A stretch of 30,031 bases of DNA, taken from the NCBI RefSeq assembly GCF_001911425.1, contig NZ_MPPL01000002.1, positions 48,067 through 78,097 on the forward strand, given 5' to 3'. The notes under the pieces were generated by a model that worked only from the letters and a program-made list of their open reading frames with translations, searched no databases and was not told the origin of the DNA. The translations under genes were made by a program, and so were the position numbers. Shown here in pieces: positions 26,188 through 30,031 of the stretch; positions within the stretch are counted from its first letter, which is position 1, and the number at the start of each line of letters is the position of its first letter. The DNA comes from Mucilaginibacter polytrichastri. Its GTDB lineage: Bacteria; Bacteroidota; Bacteroidia; Sphingobacteriales; Sphingobacteriaceae.

Positions 26188-26439
26188 CGCTTGCACGCTG
26201 AATTCCGGATTATTCTTTTCGCCATAAAATGTACTATAGCCAGGTACTGTTCAGGTGTACCATTAAATCCGGGCTTGATCCTGAACAGCTTCCATAGCAA
26301 TTCAATAACCCCATCGCGCTATAAATAAAGTTAAAGCCCTGCTTCATTGTAAATATAAGCCGGGCTGCTCCGCTTTGTCAAGCATATAACTTTTCATGTA
26401 AACATAACGGCAAGCCCAGCCGTGCCGGGCACATACGCC

Positions 26440-26469
26440 GTATCTGCTACGCAGGATGCTGCTGCTATC
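26440..26469 (+). repeat. 30-nt dispersed repeat, copy A
   Basis: gtatctgctacgcaggatgctgctgctatc matches 29894-29923 at 28 of 30 positions in the same orientation. It lies 24 nt beyond the 3-prime end of the minus-strand methyltransferase gene. Confidence 0.65.
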
Positions 26470-26492
26470 CCTCTTGCGAAAAAATTGAAAAT

Positions 26493-27107
26493 TTAATTTG
26501 CCCCTGCACTACGTTTATTGCTTATTTCTGCGATTTGTTCCTGAACATAAAGTGTACTTTCCTCCAACCTGGTCCATATTTCAAAAATGGTATCATTGTG
26601 CAATATTTCCTTAACCTTCAATAGGTTATTGAAAGCACCCATCCCTCTTTCATGTTTATTGCATTCAACTATTATTTGCCCTCCGACGGTAAGGATTTGT
26701 GGCCGTTTATTGATTGCAGTTAAAAAACTAAGATAATGTTCTCTTGTATAGGGCGGGGCAGAAAAGATGACATCAAAAGTCTCGTCAACTCTTTTGATAA
26801 ATTTTATAGTATCAAGATTATGTATTTTGGAATTATTAAGTTCATTACATAGTTCAATATTCTTGTGTAATACGCTATAAGCGAAGTAATTGATCTCCAC
26901 AAAGGTTACATTCCTGCATTCCCTGCTGAGAGCCTCTAATCCAATTGCCCCTGTACCGGCGTAAAGATCTAATACTCTTTTATCAGCAATATCATTTCCC
27001 AGGAAGCCAAAGAGGCGCTCTTTAGCTTTATTGGTAATGGGCCTAGTCCTTGATCGTGATGACCCGTGTAACTTTATGCCTTTATACTTTCCAGAAACGA
27101 TTCTCAT
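26493..27107 (-). CDS. RsmD-like (Cons_hypoth95 family) SAM-dependent methyltransferase with atypical motif IV
   Basis: 204 aa. The N-terminus MRIVSGKYKGIKL...TRPITNKAKERLFGFL and SAM motif I VLDLYAGTGAIGLEALSR match the RsmD family. Motif IV reads FSAPPY (codons at 26748-26762) instead of DPPY/DPPF. Its start overlaps the stop of the upstream TIR-HAD gene (ATGA at 27104-27107). Confidence 0.78.
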   Translation of the reverse strand: MRIVSGKYKGIKLHGSSRSRTRPITNKAKERLFGFLGNDIADKRVLDLYAGTGAIGLEALSRECRNVTFVEINYFAYSVLHKNIELCNELNNSKIHNLDTIKFIKRVDETFDVIFSAPPYTREHYLSFLTAINKRPQILTVGGQIIVECNKHERGMGAFNNLLKVKEILHNDTIFEIWTRLEESTLYVQEQIAEISNKRSAGAN

Positions 27108-28378
27108 GAAGAAGATTTTGGAATTAGAATGTGCGACAGTATACCGGCCATATTATCGTCATAAACCGGAGTTACATTATCCAGGTCATTATAGTCATCG
27201 AAAGCCTTTGCTGCTGGAAAGGAAAGTGGTTTCCCGGAAATAGTTGCAACATCTATATCATTTAAACCTTCCCCAACAAATACTACTTCAGCTGGTGTCA
27301 AGCCATATTTTGCACAGAAAGATTCCATGGCCCTGACCTTTCCTGTACCATCTGCCTCGGCATTTGGATAAGCTTCTATTTTCACTAATTCACCGCGGCT
27401 TCCATAAACGAATCTATTCACAAAAATTTCGTCTATAGATTGCATGGTCTTGTCTGGAATGGCTTCTTGTATAAAAGAATCCACTCCTCCGGAAATAATC
27501 GCAATATGAAGTCCAAACGACTTTAATAATTTTACCGTTAATTCAAACCCTTCCGCAAGCTTAAGATGTTTGGCTTTAAAAATCTCCTTAACTTGTTTAT
27601 GGTTAAAGCCTTTTGCAATAAAATGCTTACAGCAGTCGTCACACCAATCCTGATATGTATAATTTTTTGAATCCTGGTAATGTCGTTTGTACAAGGTTGT
27701 TCTAACATCGTCGCTATACTTTAGGTGCTGCCATATCGCCTTCCAGGAATATACGAAATTGTCGCCCTGCAATATAGTGCCATCAAAATCAAATGCTACA
27801 GCCTTGTATTTATAGTCATATTTTTTCTTTCCTATGAGCTCTTTTGGGGAGGTTGGTTCTGGCCTGATTTTCTTTTTGGAAATTGCCAGGAATTTTGCCC
27901 TCTCTGATTCATACTTGTTCGTAACAACGGGTTTTCGGGGAAAGCTACTGTCGTCCCTAAAATGATCACACAATTTGTTTATCTGATCCGAGTCATCCGA
28001 CATAATAGCCTGATTAAAATGTATAAAATCCTGCAAATTTGCATGTTTCATATCATATAGCAACATAGGGATGATTTTCGTTTTGCATAGCCCCCAGGCG
28101 GCTCCCATTTCATAGAGGCAATATTTGCTATTGTAATAGCTGTTTGATATTAAAGATATCATTTGGGCATCATAGCCGGTCAATTGGCTGATGATATAAT
28201 CATTAAAATTTACCCCTAATGGTATATCGTGGCCAGGGACCGAAGAGCAAAAGATCAGTGATTCATCCAACCCAACTCCGTTTATCAACAATTCAACCAA
28301 TGCCTGGGCGATTTCCTTGTCTAAGGCCGAATGGCTAATGAAAATTTTGGTCCTTTTTTTTGAAGACGATGTGCTCAT
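27104..28378 (-). CDS. TIR domain fused to a HAD-superfamily (SerB/HAD-IB-like) phosphatase
   Basis: 424 aa. The N-terminal TIR_2-like domain has KIFISHSALDKEIAQAL ... LISNSYYNSKYCLYEMGAAWG, with the conserved Glu90 codon at 28109-28111. The C-terminal HAD domain has motif I AFDFDGTI (Asp197 codon 27788-27790), motif II IAIISGG, a Lys in GTGKV and motif IV VGEGLNDIDV. Confidence 0.85.
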   Translation of the reverse strand: MSTSSSKKRTKIFISHSALDKEIAQALVELLINGVGLDESLIFCSSVPGHDIPLGVNFNDYIISQLTGYDAQMISLISNSYYNSKYCLYEMGAAWGLCKTKIIPMLLYDMKHANLQDFIHFNQAIMSDDSDQINKLCDHFRDDSSFPRKPVVTNKYESERAKFLAISKKKIRPEPTSPKELIGKKKYDYKYKAVAFDFDGTILQGDNFVYSWKAIWQHLKYSDDVRTTLYKRHYQDSKNYTYQDWCDDCCKHFIAKGFNHKQVKEIFKAKHLKLAEGFELTVKLLKSFGLHIAIISGGVDSFIQEAIPDKTMQSIDEIFVNRFVYGSRGELVKIEAYPNAEADGTGKVRAMESFCAKYGLTPAEVVFVGEGLNDIDVATISGKPLSFPAAKAFDDYNDLDNVTPVYDDNMAGILSHILIPKSSS

Positions 28379-28406
28379 ATTTTAAGTGATTTAGGTAGGG
28401 TTGGCT

Positions 28407-28422
28407 AAAAAGATATCTTTTT
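28407..28422. promoter_or_regulatory. Perfect 16-bp palindrome upstream of the TIR-HAD gene (candidate operator)
   Basis: aaaaagatatcttttt lies 29-44 nt upstream of the ATG at 28378 on the minus strand. Confidence 0.3.
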
Positions 28423-28703
28423 GATCGGGAACTAAGCTTGGATAGCAATTTGTAAAGCTTGGTTCAGTAGTTTCTTTAAATAATCATCATTCAAGTATTT
28501 AGGTATCAGATTTAAAGGTAATTAACAATTATTAATATTCATCTCCAAGTATTAAATAATATTTATTTTTTGAAAAATTTTGACGCTTGATTAATCATTC
28601 TAATAGACAGTTAAAGCAATATCGTCACCTACTACATATAAGATTCTTCAAAAGACTTATAGGCTTTAATCGCCTCCGGCTCCAATGGCTTTTTTTTATT
28701 TTA

Positions 28704-29102
28704 TCAATGAATATTTAAGACCTCGAAGGGAAGCTGCAGCCCGGCCTTTAGCTCGTGCACAAATTCCTGTAATAACGTATCATCGCGAAAGGTAGAAGCT
28801 ACGATAAACCGTGATATCCCTAACTTGAGTTTCCTTGTTTTTTCTACATCAGTTAAGATGTCAACTTTCAGCTGCTGCCGGATCTGCTCTCTTTTTTACG
28901 GATATCCTTTAATTTGCACTGGATGGCGTAGTCCCTCTACTCGAATAAATATCGAGCCCGCGCTGGTTCAGTCCCTTAACCCCGAAGATCTGGTAGTCGC
29001 CGGGCTGTTGGGTAGCCTTGCTGTCGACAGCATTAAACAGGTCGCAGGTAAACTCTTCAAACAGTCTTTCATCCTTTAGCGGGGGAATTGAAATTTAGGC
29101 AT
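28704..29102 (-). pseudogene. Frameshifted ORF of unknown function
   Basis: The minus-strand reading is MPKFQFP / PLKDERLFEEFTCDLFNAVDSKATQQPGDYQIFGVKGLNQRGLDIYSSR / DYAIQCKLKDIRKK / REQIRQQLKVDILTDVEKTRKLKLGISRFIVASTFRDDTLLQEFVHELKAGLQLPFEVLNIH*. This looks protein-like but needs about three frame changes, two of them at homopolymer runs (C5 near 29080, A6 near 28893). The + strand track ORF 28825..29079 is its shadow. Confidence 0.45.
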
Positions 29103-29138
29103 GGCTGATTTACAGGACTGATAGATTCGTTAGTCTAT

Positions 29139-29777
29139 TTAGGCATAGATACACTTGCTGAGCGCGTCTGTTATGGTATTCACAAAGCTTTCTTCCAGGC
29201 CCTCGTTTTTGATCGTGATATGCACGTAATCTGGCTTGCACCAACAAGAAATGACCGCCTTCTGTTCGTCTTTGCCGGTATAATGGAACCGGAACGCTTT
29301 TGCGCCTAAGCTGGTATCATAGCCGCTTTGTTGTTCCTGTGTAATATCAGAGCTGAGGGATAAAGTTTTTCCGAAAGTTTCAAAAGGCTTGATGACCCTT
29401 TGTTCCAGCGACTGGTCAGTAAAGTTACTGGAATTGATAAACCGGTAAAGCTGGTCATTTAGTTTTGCCACTTCCTGTTTTTCGCGTATGCCCAATGAAA
29501 GCCAGATGCTCAGGAAATCAGCTTTGACGAGGGTGTTGAAAGGACTTAATGCACTATCGAAGAAAGAGTTTTCATAAACACTTGAGTATAACCCGAACCA
29601 GTCCTTTTCGGTTTGGGGTGTTTACAGCGCCTGGATCAATTGAGCTATTCTTTTCAGAAATGCATGGTAGCTGTCCGGGACGTTACCCTGTGCCTGGCGC
29701 TGTGTTTCAAGGTCAGTAATGATCTTCTTTAAAATGGTATCGTAATTTTTGATCTGTGGTTCGGATAATATCCCCAT
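29139..29777 (-). pseudogene. Hypothetical gene interrupted by an in-frame TAA
   Basis: The ATG at 29777 (MGILSEPQIKNYDTILKK...LIQAL) runs into a TAA at 29624-29622. It then continues in the same frame through the track ORF 29139..29495, whose listed start is a TTG. I recognise no family. Confidence 0.5.
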
Positions 29778-29793
29778 AACTGGATTTTTTTCA

Positions 29794-29801
29794 CAAAGCT
29801 A
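29794..29801 (-). promoter_or_regulatory. Candidate Bacteroidota -7 promoter box
   Basis: The minus strand reads tagctttg, matching TAnnTTTG, and ends 16 nt upstream of the ATG at 29777. I saw no convincing -33 TTTG. Confidence 0.3.
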
Positions 29802-29893
29802 AAACTTTTTTGGCGAGCGGTTGGGCAGGTTTTGTGTGCCAAAAAACTTACCTCCATCTTCCTGGCCGTTGCCTCCGGCCCGCGCTATCCGCT

Positions 29894-29923
29894 GTATCTG
29901 CTCCGCAGGATGCCGCTGCTATC
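29894..29923 (+). repeat. 30-nt dispersed repeat, copy B
   Basis: gtatctgctccgcaggatgccgctgctatc is 28/30 identical to 26440-26469. Confidence 0.65.
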
Positions 29924-30031
29924 GGCTAACGGGAGTTAAGCGTTTGGGATTTTTAATGTACCCATTTTTTAGGCGAAACGGGTAAAAAGCGCAGCTAAGG
30001 TCGAGCTCCGAATGCTTCGTTGGGGTGGTCA

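Noticed and set aside
27031-27907. + strand ORFs 27031..27243 and 27725..27907
   Set aside because: They are antisense shadows of the methyltransferase and TIR-HAD genes, whose own frames carry clear catalytic motifs.
28354-28361. A8 homopolymer in codons 6-8 of the TIR-HAD gene (KK R) as a possible slipped-strand phase-variation switch
   Set aside because: Runs of 8 A/T are common in this AT-rich sequence, for example T8 in the SusC signal peptide at 7007-7014. There is no evidence of length variation from a single sequence.
28825-29079. + strand ORF 28825..29079 (84 aa)
   Set aside because: Its translation is hydrophobic and low-complexity. The opposite strand reads as a protein-like, though frameshifted, sequence.
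1-30031. Search by eye for CRISPR arrays, rRNA, tRNA (T-loop GGTTCGAATCC-type motifs), retron or DGR-like repeats and reverse transcriptase
   Set aside because: I saw no regularly spaced direct repeats, no T-loop or anticodon-arm candidates in intergenic regions and no RT-like ORF. tRNAscan or Infernal would still be needed for certainty.

Overview
This 30-kb segment looks like Bacteroidota chromosome: it has a SusC/SusD pair and a hybrid two-component regulator. It is AT-rich by eye, possibly Sphingobacteriia-like, though that taxon call is only a guess.

**1-11.6 kb: an ordinary polysaccharide-utilization locus.** It holds a 5-prime-partial GH31 glycosidase, an HTCS sensor/regulator, SusC and SusD.

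**11.7-15.9 kb: a four-gene cassette.** It encodes a membrane-anchored SGNH/TPR protein, an SxtJ-like membrane protein, a 49-aa DUF5989/SxtK-like ORF missing from the ORF track, and a NodU/CmcH-type carbamoyltransferase. I move the carbamoyltransferase start to 14158.

**16.0-30.0 kb: accessory and partly decayed DNA.**
- (a) 16.6-23.5 kb is a ten-gene, same-strand, translationally coupled operon with visibly higher G+C. Only two products are recognisable: a secreted or anchored DNA/RNA non-specific His-Me endonuclease and an NdpA/YejK-like nucleoid-associated protein. The rest are predicted membrane or secreted proteins, one with an OmpA/MotB-like C-terminus.
- (b) A decayed tyrosine-integrase remnant sits next to a cluster of GCCAATTGC motif copies.
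- (c) A DUF1778/GNAT (TacA/TacT-like) toxin-antitoxin pair follows.
- (d) A scrambled, truncated LytS-type histidine kinase remnant follows that.
- (e) A low-GC minus-strand pair overlaps by 4 nt: a TIR-HAD phosphatase fusion and an RsmD-like methyltransferase with an atypical SAPPY motif IV.
- (f) A decayed two-gene cassette carries an in-frame stop and frameshifts.

The two best candidates for an undescribed system are the 16.6-23.5 kb operon and the TIR-HAD/methyltransferase pair. I saw no rRNA, tRNA or CRISPR array. All family calls rest on reading motifs by eye; no searches were run.
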